Assembly: GCA_977020255.1 (NCBI GenBank)
Contig: CDROCS010000253.1
Location: 1,116,001-1,180,000, forward strand
DNA length: 64,000 bases
Direction: 5' to 3'
DNA from: Obrimoposthia wandeli
Lineage: Eukaryota
Shown here piece by piece: positions 29,937 through 38,921 of this stretch; within the stretch, counting starts at the first letter, position 1, and every line of letters starts with the position of its first letter. Under the pieces are notes generated by a model that saw nothing but the letters and a program-made list of their open reading frames with translations, was not told where the DNA came from and searched no databases. Made by a program: the position numbers and the translations under genes.

Positions 29937-31117
29937 AAATGAAAAGAATAACGGTTAAAAACACCTACTGGCTAGACAAAAGAGTATGAATATTGAACGG
30001 TACTATTCAAGCCGATCACTCAATACCATTTTGACCGAAAAGTGATCGGCATCGATGGTATTGAGTGATCGCGATGAATGGTATTAGGTGATCGCGATGC
30101 ATGAGAATATGCACATGTACAGCATATTCGTGACGGAGTGAGTTTTAATAAATTATTTGAATTCGCAAAAACGTGCTCAGTTCCAGCCATCGTTATTCAA
30201 AACCTAATCGATTGGTGCATATTCAACTTAATTATTGGAAATAGTGATGCCCACGGTAAAAATACTAGCTTTTTTGTCGGTTCTAGCGGAATTACTATTA
30301 CGCCTTTCTATGATCTTGTTTCTGTCACCTATGAAGCATCCAAAAATAAAAAAATAGATACGGCCTTAGCAATGGCAATTGGAGATAATTTTGATATTAC
30401 TAGTATCACTGCATACGACTTATTGTCGCTTGCTGATGAAGCAGGTATATCATTTAGTTTTTTGAAAAAAAGAGCGGCTAATTTATCAACTCTTATAATG
30501 AAAAAAATAGATAACTTAAACTTTGATGAGTTTGAATTGGATAAACCAAGCCTATTCATTATTGAAGAATTAAAAGAGCTGGTGGCTAAACAAGCTAATT
30601 CATTATTTGATGAGACAAGTCTAATGGATATGGTTGCTACAGAGGCTTTTTAGAGATTACGACTCCAATGTGGAGCCTGTATTGCCCACTCAACTTTTTT
30701 TGATAATATTTTGATTAAATGAATACACCACAACTGACCTTGAAAGCGACTGTGTCATGATACTTAGCTTCAAGCCTAAGCTAAATAAACCTGTATATTT
30801 TTGGTGCGAAGCATGGAAAAGGAATAATATTGATATTTGGCGTGATTTTGGTGAAACACGTCTAACATTTCTAGCATATTTATTAATTGGTGTAGCAAGC
30901 TCTACTTTTCCTGAACTTCTTTTAAATAGAGAAGGCCAAAGTCGAAGTTAATATTATTGAGTTGTTACCAAACAGGTCACCATTTCGTATTTAAAAAGTA
31001 AGGTTTAATGACGGTAGAAGAGGTCTATAGAGTACTAATGACGCCATAACAGCCTGATATCTCAGGCTTATGACGGTTCAAGACGTTTTTTAACTGTTTG
31101 AAAAGGCAGGTGAATGC

Positions 31118-31981
31118 CTACTCTATATTCGCGATCTGCTCACGCATTTGTTCAATTAATACTTTTAACTCCACAGCACTTGCCGTGATGTCAGTATTAA
31201 TTGATTTTGAGCCTAGGGTATTTGCTTCTCGGTTAAACTCTTGCATCATGAAATCTAAACGACGACCTTGTGCGCCACCTTTATTCAAGATTTTCTTCGT
31301 TTCAGTAACATGGCTGTTTAAACGGTCAAGTTCTTCGGCAACATCCATTTTTTGTGCTAATAACACTAACTCTTGCTCAACACGACCTGAGTCTAAATCA
31401 ATTTTAGCATCGGTGAATTTTTCAATGATGCGATTACGCTGCCAAGCAATGACATCCGGCATATGCGCAGCTACTTTATCGGCTTCGTCGGCTATTGCAT
31501 CAAGGCGTTGTTCAATCATCACCTTAAGGTTTTCACCTTCGCTGGCGCGAGCGGCAATAAAGTCTATTAGCGCTTGGTCAAAAGCAGCGAGTAATTCAGC
31601 TTGAATTGCCGACATATCGCTTTCAGGTGCTTCCATCACACCAGGCCAGCGCATTACTTCTAAAGGATTTACTTTACTGTTTAGTGTTTGCTCATTAATC
31701 CAGTTAGCATGCTGAATAAGTTGTAGAGCCAAACTTTCATTAAGTGCTAATTCGTTTTTGTTGGCAGGGTTGGCATTAAAACGTAAGTGACATTCTACTT
31801 TTCCGCGATTAAGTTGTTTACGAAAACGCTCACGTAAAACAGGCTCTATGCCACGAAATTGTTCTGGTAAACGGAAATAGGTCTCTAGAAAGCGTTGATT
31901 AACTGAGCGGATTTCCCAAACGGCGTTGCCCCAGTCGCCTTTAATTTCAATGCGAGAAAATGCGGTCATGCTGTAGATCAT
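31118..31981 (-). CDS. yicC: YicC/YloC family endoribonuclease
   Basis: MIYSMTAF, WEIRSVNQRFLE, GRRLDFMMQEFNREANTLGSKS, EQMREQIANIE; 287 aa from 31981. Confidence 0.96.
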   Translation of the reverse strand: MIYSMTAFSRIEIKGDWGNAVWEIRSVNQRFLETYFRLPEQFRGIEPVLRERFRKQLNRGKVECHLRFNANPANKNELALNESLALQLIQHANWINEQTLNSKVNPLEVMRWPGVMEAPESDMSAIQAELLAAFDQALIDFIAARASEGENLKVMIEQRLDAIADEADKVAAHMPDVIAWQRNRIIEKFTDAKIDLDSGRVEQELVLLAQKMDVAEELDRLNSHVTETKKILNKGGAQGRRLDFMMQEFNREANTLGSKSINTDITASAVELKVLIEQMREQIANIE

Positions 31982-32075
31982 AAGTGTTACCTGAAAGTTT
32001 GCTAAAATAGGGTACTCAAATATAGCCGACACCCCTGTCAATCCGCTGTTCCGAAATGAGTAATTGAAACGAGCG

Positions 32076-32108
32076 TGGATTCCCGATTAAGTGACTTCGG
32101 GAATGACG
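32076..32108 (+). repeat. REP/dRS3-like palindrome, copy 1
   Basis: TGGATTCCCGA-N10-TCGGGAATGACG. Confidence 0.7.
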
Positions 32109-32149
32109 ACAATAGGACTAGGTTGATTAATACCAGTGAATTAAGCTAA

Positions 32150-33877
32150 TTATGCCTGTTTCTGTATCTGCTGCCAATGCGCTTTTATTTTATCGGCAAC
32201 TCGAAAGGCGTTGGCATAAATGGTAAAGGTGTAGGGTACACTACCGCCTGTCGGCATAAATGAGCCATCGGTAACATACAAGTTATCAACTTCATGGGCT
32301 TGGCAATTTTTATTGAGCACTGAGGTTTTAGGATCATTGCCAAAGCGACAACCACCAGCCATTAAATTTGTTGAAGGGTAACCACTCACTGAAGAAGACA
32401 CATTTTTTGCACCTAAGGCTTCCAGCAGTTTTTCGGCCTTTTTAGATAAGTATTCGCCCACTTCAAGGTCGTGATCATGATAACCAATACGGACTTTGGC
32501 TACTGGGTCGCCCCATTGATCTGTTACTTCGCTATCTAAGCTGACAAAACAATCGTCAGTTGGCAGCCAATCATTAAACACTTCAAAGCGTAGCGTTTTA
32601 TAACTGGTAAACTCTGTTTTCAAACTTTGTTTTAGCTCTTCACCCCATAGCAGTTTATCATCACCATTTTGATCTGAGCCCCACTGTGTTCCGCGAGCTC
32701 TAGCGATAGGGTTTTGGTGGAACAAAAAGTCGATAGTGCCGCCTTTAGCTTGGCCTTTTTTATTAGCGCCGGTAAAACTTGTGTCGCTAATTTGATACCA
32801 GTCTTGCAGTGCACGATTAATAAAAGGACCTACTTGTTTTAATTCACCGACTTGTTTGTCTGATAAATCAGCATAATTAAAGTCACCTTGTCCGGTACCG
32901 CCACCACTAAACAGTAAGTTTTTACCAACTTGGCCATTATTATTCGCGAGACCTTGTGGAAATTTTTCACTGGTAGATGCTAGTAATAAGCGAGAAGTTT
33001 CTACCGCTTGGCAAGCCACTACATAAATTTTGGCACTAACTGATTTTTTGCGGCCCACTTTATTGTAATAATGTACCGCAGTAATTTTTCCGTCTTTGTC
33101 ACTGGCAATTTTGTATACTTTGGCATTAGCTTTGATTGTACAGTTACCCGATGCTACTGCCGTATTTAATAATGCTGCTCGGCCACTACCTTTAGCACCT
33201 GATGCACAGCCATAACTACTGCAATAACCGGAATACTCACAACTGCGCCTGCCCATGGCGGGTTCAGATAAAATGGCTCTAGGTACAGGAATGGCATGGT
33301 AACCAATTTTTTTCGCCGCTTTATCTATCCATGAAGACATCGGCAGTTCGGCAATAGGCGGGTAGGGGAAGTCTGTTGAGCGTGGCTCTTGATGTGGGTG
33401 TTCAACCACACGACCAGATACGCCCACTTCACGCTCTACTTTTGCATAATAAGGTTCGAGTTCGTCGTAACTAATGGGCCAATCTTCAATATTGGCACCT
33501 TTTATCGTGCCAAATTCAGATTTTAAACGGAAATCTATTGGTTTTAAACGATGAAAGTAACCACTCATGAAATTTGAGGAGCCACCGACCACGTTGCCAT
33601 TCCACCAACTCCAGCCCGAATCACTGGTTTTTTCACCTTGCCAGAAAGGTTGGTCATTTTCATCAAAGTATTCTTCTTCAATAACGTGCTGCTCATCACT
33701 TAGTTTGGGATTGTAAGCATCATGTATGCTGATGGTCAGTTCATCTTTGAAGAATTCTTTTTCAGTCAACCAAGGGCCTTTTTCAAGCACTAATACTTTA
33801 GCACCCGCTGCTGATAATTGATGGGCAATAGGAGAGGCACCAGCGCCGCTGCCAATGATGCAAATGTCATAATTCAT
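32150..33877 (-). CDS. GMC-family FAD oxidoreductase (gluconate 2-dehydrogenase-like large subunit)
   Basis: IIGSGAG, VGGSS, CEYSGYCSSYGC, GCRFG.DP..SV, NLYVTDGS and PYTFTIYANA motifs. Confidence 0.9.
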   Translation of the reverse strand: MNYDICIIGSGAGASPIAHQLSAAGAKVLVLEKGPWLTEKEFFKDELTISIHDAYNPKLSDEQHVIEEEYFDENDQPFWQGEKTSDSGWSWWNGNVVGGSSNFMSGYFHRLKPIDFRLKSEFGTIKGANIEDWPISYDELEPYYAKVEREVGVSGRVVEHPHQEPRSTDFPYPPIAELPMSSWIDKAAKKIGYHAIPVPRAILSEPAMGRRSCEYSGYCSSYGCASGAKGSGRAALLNTAVASGNCTIKANAKVYKIASDKDGKITAVHYYNKVGRKKSVSAKIYVVACQAVETSRLLLASTSEKFPQGLANNNGQVGKNLLFSGGGTGQGDFNYADLSDKQVGELKQVGPFINRALQDWYQISDTSFTGANKKGQAKGGTIDFLFHQNPIARARGTQWGSDQNGDDKLLWGEELKQSLKTEFTSYKTLRFEVFNDWLPTDDCFVSLDSEVTDQWGDPVAKVRIGYHDHDLEVGEYLSKKAEKLLEALGAKNVSSSVSGYPSTNLMAGGCRFGNDPKTSVLNKNCQAHEVDNLYVTDGSFMPTGGSVPYTFTIYANAFRVADKIKAHWQQIQKQA

Positions 33878-33973
33878 GATTACCACCAAATACAGGAGAA
33901 GTTAAAATTTTTTTATCAATAAAACCGCACTGGCAGCCACTACCAGCAATATAAGTAAGCCAAATGTCATCAT

Positions 33974-34750
33974 TCATGATTTTCTGGTTCCTTGCGGTGA
34001 TTTTTTACGGCTGGTTGCTATGGGGTTGTTGTCATGACTTATTAGGTTATTGTCACTATCTATTCGTTTCTTGTCGTAATCTATTCGGCTGATCAAATCA
34101 ATACGGGCTCTGCTGGGTAATTCAAAGTAACGCTGACCTTTTTCAGGCAAGGGAAAGCCCGCTTGATGCTCTAACCATTGCCAACCAATACCGTCAGGAT
34201 TACCGCCATAACTAGCAGGAGCAAGCATGGCTTGAAAAATATAGCCGAGTAAGGTGTTTAACCAGTTTTGTCCCGCTGTAGATTGGCTAATGCCTCGAAG
34301 TAACTGCTCTTTGTCGGCAAAACTTAATTGTGCAAAATCTGCGGACTTTTCGCTGTTGGCATAACCATTTAACCAGCCAACACCTTTGAGTATAAAGTCT
34401 TTTTCGTCTTGCTCGGTAGGTTGTACCGTCATTACTTGATATAAATAAGCGGTCGCTCTAATTTCACTCGCGCTGGGACCTGTTGGTGAGCTTGGTAATA
34501 ATTGATTTAGTGTGGCATCAAGTGTTAACCAAGGTTCAGTTTTAACGAGGGTTTTAACTAATTCGCTCAGCGAGGTTTGCGTTTTAGCACTAACACTAAA
34601 CGTCGGTAAACTGGCTAATGCGCCCATGCCCGCGGCCGCCTTAAGGAAATGACGTCGATTTTGCTGCGCTTGTCTCTTTTTGTTTTTGATAAACTCAGGC
34701 GTTTGGTAATTTTTATCAAAAAAAGACGTACATTTATCTTCATTAATCAC
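33974..34750 (-). CDS. Gluconate 2-dehydrogenase subunit-3-like Tat protein
   Basis: Twin-arginine motif RRHFLK; YGGNPDGIGWQWLEH..G.P. Confidence 0.85.
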   Translation of the reverse strand: MINEDKCTSFFDKNYQTPEFIKNKKRQAQQNRRHFLKAAAGMGALASLPTFSVSAKTQTSLSELVKTLVKTEPWLTLDATLNQLLPSSPTGPSASEIRATAYLYQVMTVQPTEQDEKDFILKGVGWLNGYANSEKSADFAQLSFADKEQLLRGISQSTAGQNWLNTLLGYIFQAMLAPASYGGNPDGIGWQWLEHQAGFPLPEKGQRYFELPSRARIDLISRIDYDKKRIDSDNNLISHDNNPIATSRKKSPQGTRKS

Positions 34751-34796
34751 GAATGTGCTCCTATAACCAGGGTAGGTTTGATACTTGGAATATTAG

Positions 34797-35336
34797 TTAT
34801 TTTACTGAGGCGGTTGTTGATAACTGTGCTTGGGCATTAGTTGCATTAACAGACCAGTCACTTAAAAAGCTTAACCATTGTGATTTTGAATAATTATTGC
34901 CAGCCAGTAATTCGGCAGTATCTTTAGATAAAATCATTTTTCCTTGCGCTGTTGATACGTACATATGTGGGTAACCCAGTACCGGGGGAAGTGATTTCAT
35001 AAAATCATTATTTTCATTACTGTCACTGACACTTATTTTTAATAAAACATATTGGCTATGCAATGCTTTATATACGTCAGGATTTTTAGCAAGAAAGGCG
35101 TCCATTTTATGGCACCAGCTACACCAGTTACCGCCTATTTCAATCAGTACTTGGCGATTAGTTTTTTTCGCTAAGGCTAGTGCTGCCGTGGCATCTTTAA
35201 AAGGGTCACGTTGGTCATCGTAAACTTTACTGTAAGTGGGTAAGTTCGGTGCTATCACCGTAGATGCAGTATTTGCCGCTGCAATACTACTGAGTAATAG
35301 ACTTAAACTGATAACCAATGTGGTGATAATTCTCAT
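34797..35336 (-). CDS. Exported thioredoxin-family protein
   Basis: Signal peptide; GGNWCSWCH; GYP. Confidence 0.82.
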   Translation of the reverse strand: MRIITTLVISLSLLLSSIAAANTASTVIAPNLPTYSKVYDDQRDPFKDATAALALAKKTNRQVLIEIGGNWCSWCHKMDAFLAKNPDVYKALHSQYVLLKISVSDSNENNDFMKSLPPVLGYPHMYVSTAQGKMILSKDTAELLAGNNYSKSQWLSFLSDWSVNATNAQAQLSTTASVK

Positions 35337-35415
35337 GGAGCTCTCTGATAATATTTATTGTTCGGACAATTAACATGACCTTGCTTTGTTGAACTATATT
35401 TCAAAAAATGTGTTT

Positions 35416-35473
35416 TATAGCCGCTATCATTCAAAGTGCTCTGAAACCTACATCTTGATTGGTAGCGGGTATA
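35416..35473. repeat. Family B mini-element (58 bp)
   Basis: TATAGCCGCTATCATTCAAAGTG / CATCTTGATTGGTAGCGGGTATA: IR with 18/23 matches. Confidence 0.55.
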
Positions 35474-35537
35474 AGCCTTATAATAGCCGGAATTAATTTA
35501 TCAGTCTTAACTTATATTTACTATAAAGGAACACACC

Positions 35538-36251
35538 ATGCGTCCAAGCGGCAGAACATTAGGGCAAATTCGCCCAGTAACGATTACCCGTCAATTTACC
35601 ACTCATGCGGAAGGCTCAGTACTTATTGAGTTTGGCGATACTAAAGTAATTTGTACTGCGACCGTTGAAGTAGGTGTACCACGTTTCTTAAAAGGCCAAG
35701 GTAAAGGTTGGATTACCGCTGAATACGGTATGTTACCTCGTTCTACGCACACACGTATGCGTCGCGAAGCAGCCATGGGTAAGCAAAGTGGTCGTACGTT
35801 AGAGATTTCTCGCTTAATTGCACGTGCCTTACGTGCCGCGGTCGATTTAAAAGCCTTAGGTGAAAATACTATCTCAGTTGATTGTGATGTTATTCAAGCC
35901 GATGGCGGTACACGTACTGCTGCTATTACCGGTGCTTGTGTTGCGCTTGTTGATGCACTTAACTATATGCGTGCTAAAGATATTATTAAAACTAATCCAC
36001 TTAAGCATATGATTGCGGCAGTGTCAGTTGGTATTTATAAAGGCGAAGCCGTAGCTGATTTAGATTACCCAGAAGATTCAGCGGCCGATACCGATATGAA
36101 TGTTGTTATGACAGATACCGGTAAGCTTATTGAAGTACAAGGTACTGCTGAAGAAGAACCGTTTAGCTTTGAAGAAATGCAAGCGATGCTTGAATTGGCT
36201 AAAAATGGTATCAACGAATTATTCGACCTACAAAAAGCAGCATTAAGCTAA
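35538..36251 (+). CDS. rph: Ribonuclease PH
   Basis: [30 protein letters not shown] motifs. Confidence 0.98.
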   Translation: MRPSGRTLGQIRPVTITRQFTTHAEGSVLIEFGDTKVICTATVEVGVPRFLKGQGKGWITAEYGMLPRSTHTRMRREAAMGKQSGRTLEISRLIARALRAAVDLKALGENTISVDCDVIQADGGTRTAAITGACVALVDALNYMRAKDIIKTNPLKHMIAAVSVGIYKGEAVADLDYPEDSAADTDMNVVMTDTGKLIEVQGTAEEEPFSFEEMQAMLELAKNGINELFDLQKAALS

Positions 36252-36269
36252 GCGCACAGGAAAATAACT

Positions 36270-36935
36270 ATGAAAGATTATCAACGCGAGTTTATTGAAT
36301 TTGCGATAGAGAAACAAGTATTACGCTTTGGTGAATTCACTTTAAAATCTGGCCGAGTGAGCCCTTACTTTTTTAACGCGGGACTGTTTAAAACCGGCGG
36401 TGATTTAGCGCGTTTAGGTCGTTTTTATGCGGCTACGTTAATGGATGCAAAAATTGATTTCGATTTGGTTTTTGGTCCTGCTTATAAAGGTATCCCAATT
36501 GCGACTACCACGACGGTTGCGTTGTTCGATCACCATAATATAGATGTGCCTTATTGCTTTAACCGCAAAGAAGCAAAAACCCATGGTGAAGGCGGTTCAT
36601 TAGTGGGCGCTGAGCTTGAAGGTAAAATCATGCTAGTTGATGATGTTATCACTGCTGGCACTGCCATTCGTGAATCAATGGAAATCATTAAAGCCCATGG
36701 TGCAAAGCTTTCGGGTGTGTTGATTGCGCTTGACCGTCAAGAAAAAGGCCAAGGTGAACTTTCTGCTATTCAAGAAGTTGAACGTGATTTTGGTACACAA
36801 GTTGCAGCAATTGTTACTTTAGGTGATGTGGTAACTTTCCTTGAAGAAAAGCTTGAAGGACAAGTAGATAATCAAGCTGACTTAGTCGAAAACTTAGCAA
36901 GCATTAAAAAGTATCGTTTAAATTACGGTATCTAA
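36270..36935 (+). CDS. pyrE: Orotate phosphoribosyltransferase
   Basis: [30 protein letters not shown] motifs. Confidence 0.98.
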   Translation: MKDYQREFIEFAIEKQVLRFGEFTLKSGRVSPYFFNAGLFKTGGDLARLGRFYAATLMDAKIDFDLVFGPAYKGIPIATTTTVALFDHHNIDVPYCFNRKEAKTHGEGGSLVGAELEGKIMLVDDVITAGTAIRESMEIIKAHGAKLSGVLIALDRQEKGQGELSAIQEVERDFGTQVAAIVTLGDVVTFLEEKLEGQVDNQADLVENLASIKKYRLNYGI

Positions 36936-36968
36936 TAGTTAGTGAGTAGTGTTTACTTACCTTTAAAT

Positions 36969-37010
36969 AAAAACGCCTTTGAAGCATGATGTTTCAAAGG
37001 CGTTTTTTTT
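36969..37010 (+). terminator. rph-pyrE terminator
   Basis: AAAAACGCCTTTGAA...TTCAAAGGCGTTTTTTTT. Confidence 0.85.
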
Positions 37011-37071
37011 GCGTAATCTTTGGCTCTTACCGATCGAGCAATTAATCGAAAAATTTAAATAAACAGGAATA

Positions 37072-38436
37072 ATGATGAAAAATGTCAATAAGTACACGTT
37101 ACTATTCATATGGCTAGTGAGTACCTTGTCATTTGCTCAAGCACAGCAAGATTGTCTGAGTATTCAAGATGATTACGTTTCCCTCATAGAATCAGGAAAG
37201 TATCGTTTCTCTATTGAAGCGCCAACTGAGTCTTTAACAAAAGTTAACTTCAAAAAGCTAACAAACTACCAACAATACCTTACCGATGCTTATCAAGTCA
37301 TTAGGAATAAAAATCCTAGAGCCAATATGCCGTGTCCGATTGCTACGGATACCTACCAGCAATTGGCTAAAAAAAATCAATGGTCAAAAACACCGACAAT
37401 AAGCCAGTTGGTTGCTCCGTTTGAATTAAGCCAAGATAATAACGATAAAGCTATTTTGCTTATTCATGGCTTAACGGACTCCCCGTTTTCCTTTCATGAT
37501 CTTAGCCAGTTTTTCTACCAACAGGGTTTTACCGTACGTACTTTGTTATTGCCAGGGCATGGCATAGCGCCTTCAGCATTGTTGAATACTGACTATAAAG
37601 CGTGGCAACAAGCAGCAAAATTTGCCATTGAAGCAACACTTAATGATTATCAGCAAGTGTACCTTGGCGGGTTGTCTACCGGTGGGACGCTTATCTTTGA
37701 TTACTTGATGCAACAAAAGCACGTTGATGAAAAAATTAAAGGTCTACTTATGTGGTCACCCGCCTTAAAGGCAAAAAGTGATTTAGCCTGGCTAGCGCAA
37801 TATATTGATGCCATTCCCTTTGTTGACTGGATTGATTTAGATGCCGATATCGATTTTGCTAAATATGAGTCATTCCCCTATAACGCAGCAGTACAAGTGC
37901 ACGCCTTAATGGGGCTTGTTGTTGGGGATGGGGCCTCAGCTAGTCGACAACTACATGATATTCCGTTATTTGTTGTTGCCAGTGAGCATGACCAAACAAT
38001 AGATACTGAGCATACTTTACAGCTAGTTCAACAGTGGCAGCTAGCATCACCTCCAGAACAGATGAAAAAAAGTGTGTTGATTTATTATGGTGATAACAAC
38101 AAACTTCCTACGAAGTTAGCAGATGTGATGGCAGTGATTGTGCCTGAATGCTCACCTGAAAGTTTATGCAGTGACATTTTTGATGTGTCTCACATTGCTA
38201 CGACCAATTCCCCAGATAATCCACATTATGGCGTTAACGGGCTATATAGAAACTGTGGTCACTATGTAAAAGGTGCTGCTCGTTATCAAGCGTGTAAACA
38301 GAATAAACAGGTTATTAAGGGGGAAGTAACAGCAATGAACCTTACGCGTGATTTACCAATGCAACGATTGACTTACAACCCGTATTATCAAGAGATGCTT
38401 GAGGTTATAACATCGTTTTTAAAAGCGACTAAATAG
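37072..38436 (+). CDS. Exported alpha/beta hydrolase (esterase/lipase-like)
   Basis: Signal peptide; HGLTDSP, GLSTG (GxSxG), HDQTID. Confidence 0.8.
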   Translation: MMKNVNKYTLLFIWLVSTLSFAQAQQDCLSIQDDYVSLIESGKYRFSIEAPTESLTKVNFKKLTNYQQYLTDAYQVIRNKNPRANMPCPIATDTYQQLAKKNQWSKTPTISQLVAPFELSQDNNDKAILLIHGLTDSPFSFHDLSQFFYQQGFTVRTLLLPGHGIAPSALLNTDYKAWQQAAKFAIEATLNDYQQVYLGGLSTGGTLIFDYLMQQKHVDEKIKGLLMWSPALKAKSDLAWLAQYIDAIPFVDWIDLDADIDFAKYESFPYNAAVQVHALMGLVVGDGASASRQLHDIPLFVVASEHDQTIDTEHTLQLVQQWQLASPPEQMKKSVLIYYGDNNKLPTKLADVMAVIVPECSPESLCSDIFDVSHIATTNSPDNPHYGVNGLYRNCGHYVKGAARYQACKQNKQVIKGEVTAMNLTRDLPMQRLTYNPYYQEMLEVITSFLKATK

Positions 38437-38467
38437 TTTATAACGCATGCCCAAATAGTTTTAATAA

Positions 38468-38499
38468 CGTCATTCCCGAGTTTACTTGTCGGGAATCCA
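38468..38499 (-). repeat. REP/dRS3-like palindrome, copy 2
   Basis: Reverse complement TGGATTCCCGA-N9-TCGGGAATGACG; a degenerate partner TGGATCCTCGA starts at about 38528. Confidence 0.7.
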
Positions 38500-38598
38500 T
38501 GCTGTTAAAAGCTCAAGGATTAGAGGCTGGATCCTCGACTAGAGACTTCTCTAATGGTTAACAATATCATTGACGAATTTATTCTAGTTTAAGTATTC

Positions 38599-38919
38599 TT
38601 ACCGTGCGTACTTCAACCAAAGCTTATAGAAAACAGCATTACAGGTTTTATTATCATCCATTTTTCCATCTCTATCACAATCTGAACCGGTCAATGATTT
38701 AGTCACTTGTTGCCCGTATTCCTCTATATCTGTTTTTGATGGTATAACACTAATAGTGACTTTTGGTGATTGCTCAATAAAGTCCGCCACATCTTGGTAG
38801 GCTGAAAAATCTGCTTGAGTAATCAAATGACTAATATCACCTGCTACAGGCCTTTTTGCGCCCGAGGTAAATGAGAATAAAGCCAGGACTATGGTTAATA
38901 TGGCGATAAAGTAACTCAT
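38599..38919 (-). CDS. Exported hypothetical protein
   Basis: Signal peptide; DCDRDGKMDD loop and a second Cys; tightly coupled to kdkA. Confidence 0.75.
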   Translation of the reverse strand: MSYFIAILTIVLALFSFTSGAKRPVAGDISHLITQADFSAYQDVADFIEQSPKVTISVIPSKTDIEEYGQQVTKSLTGSDCDRDGKMDDNKTCNAVFYKLWLKYAR

Positions 38920-38921
38920 TA

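Larger units (their letters stand above)
27524..30113 (-). mobile_element. IS21-family insertion sequence (2590 bp)
   Basis: TG...CA ends, imperfect terminal IRs (TGCGTAATACCATTCAAGCCGATCAC / TGCATATTCTCATGCATCGCGATCAC), multiple internal end repeats, 5-bp TSD CATGT (27519-27523, 30114-30118), istA-istB. Confidence 0.96.
26730..30653 (+). pseudogene. hipA: HipA-family kinase toxin split by IS21 (26730-27523 + 30119-30653; 442 aa if rejoined)
   Basis: N-half has SVAGVQNK, HILK and LIVERFDR; C-half has GNSDAHGKN and PFYD. Removing the IS restores the frame ...GSGEHVQHIRDGVSF... Confidence 0.88.
26286..31141. mobile_element. Degenerate genomic islet integrated at the yicC 3' end (no integrase)
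   Basis: Direct repeat ATATTCGCGNTCTG at 26293-26306 and 31125-31138 (13/14). The left copy continues to an in-frame TAA and a terminator. Cargo is hipBA plus IS21. Confidence 0.65.

Noticed and set aside
30001-30113. Short tandem repeats as a CRISPR array
   Set aside because: They are IS21 transposase-binding end repeats, with no unique spacers and no cas genes.
30952-31117. Integrase start or SXT-like oriT next to yicC
   Set aside because: No ORF with an integrase N-terminus on either strand, and no recognisable oriT repeats.
36252-36269. E. coli-type pyrE attenuator
   Set aside because: The rph-pyrE gap is only 18 bp with no hairpin.
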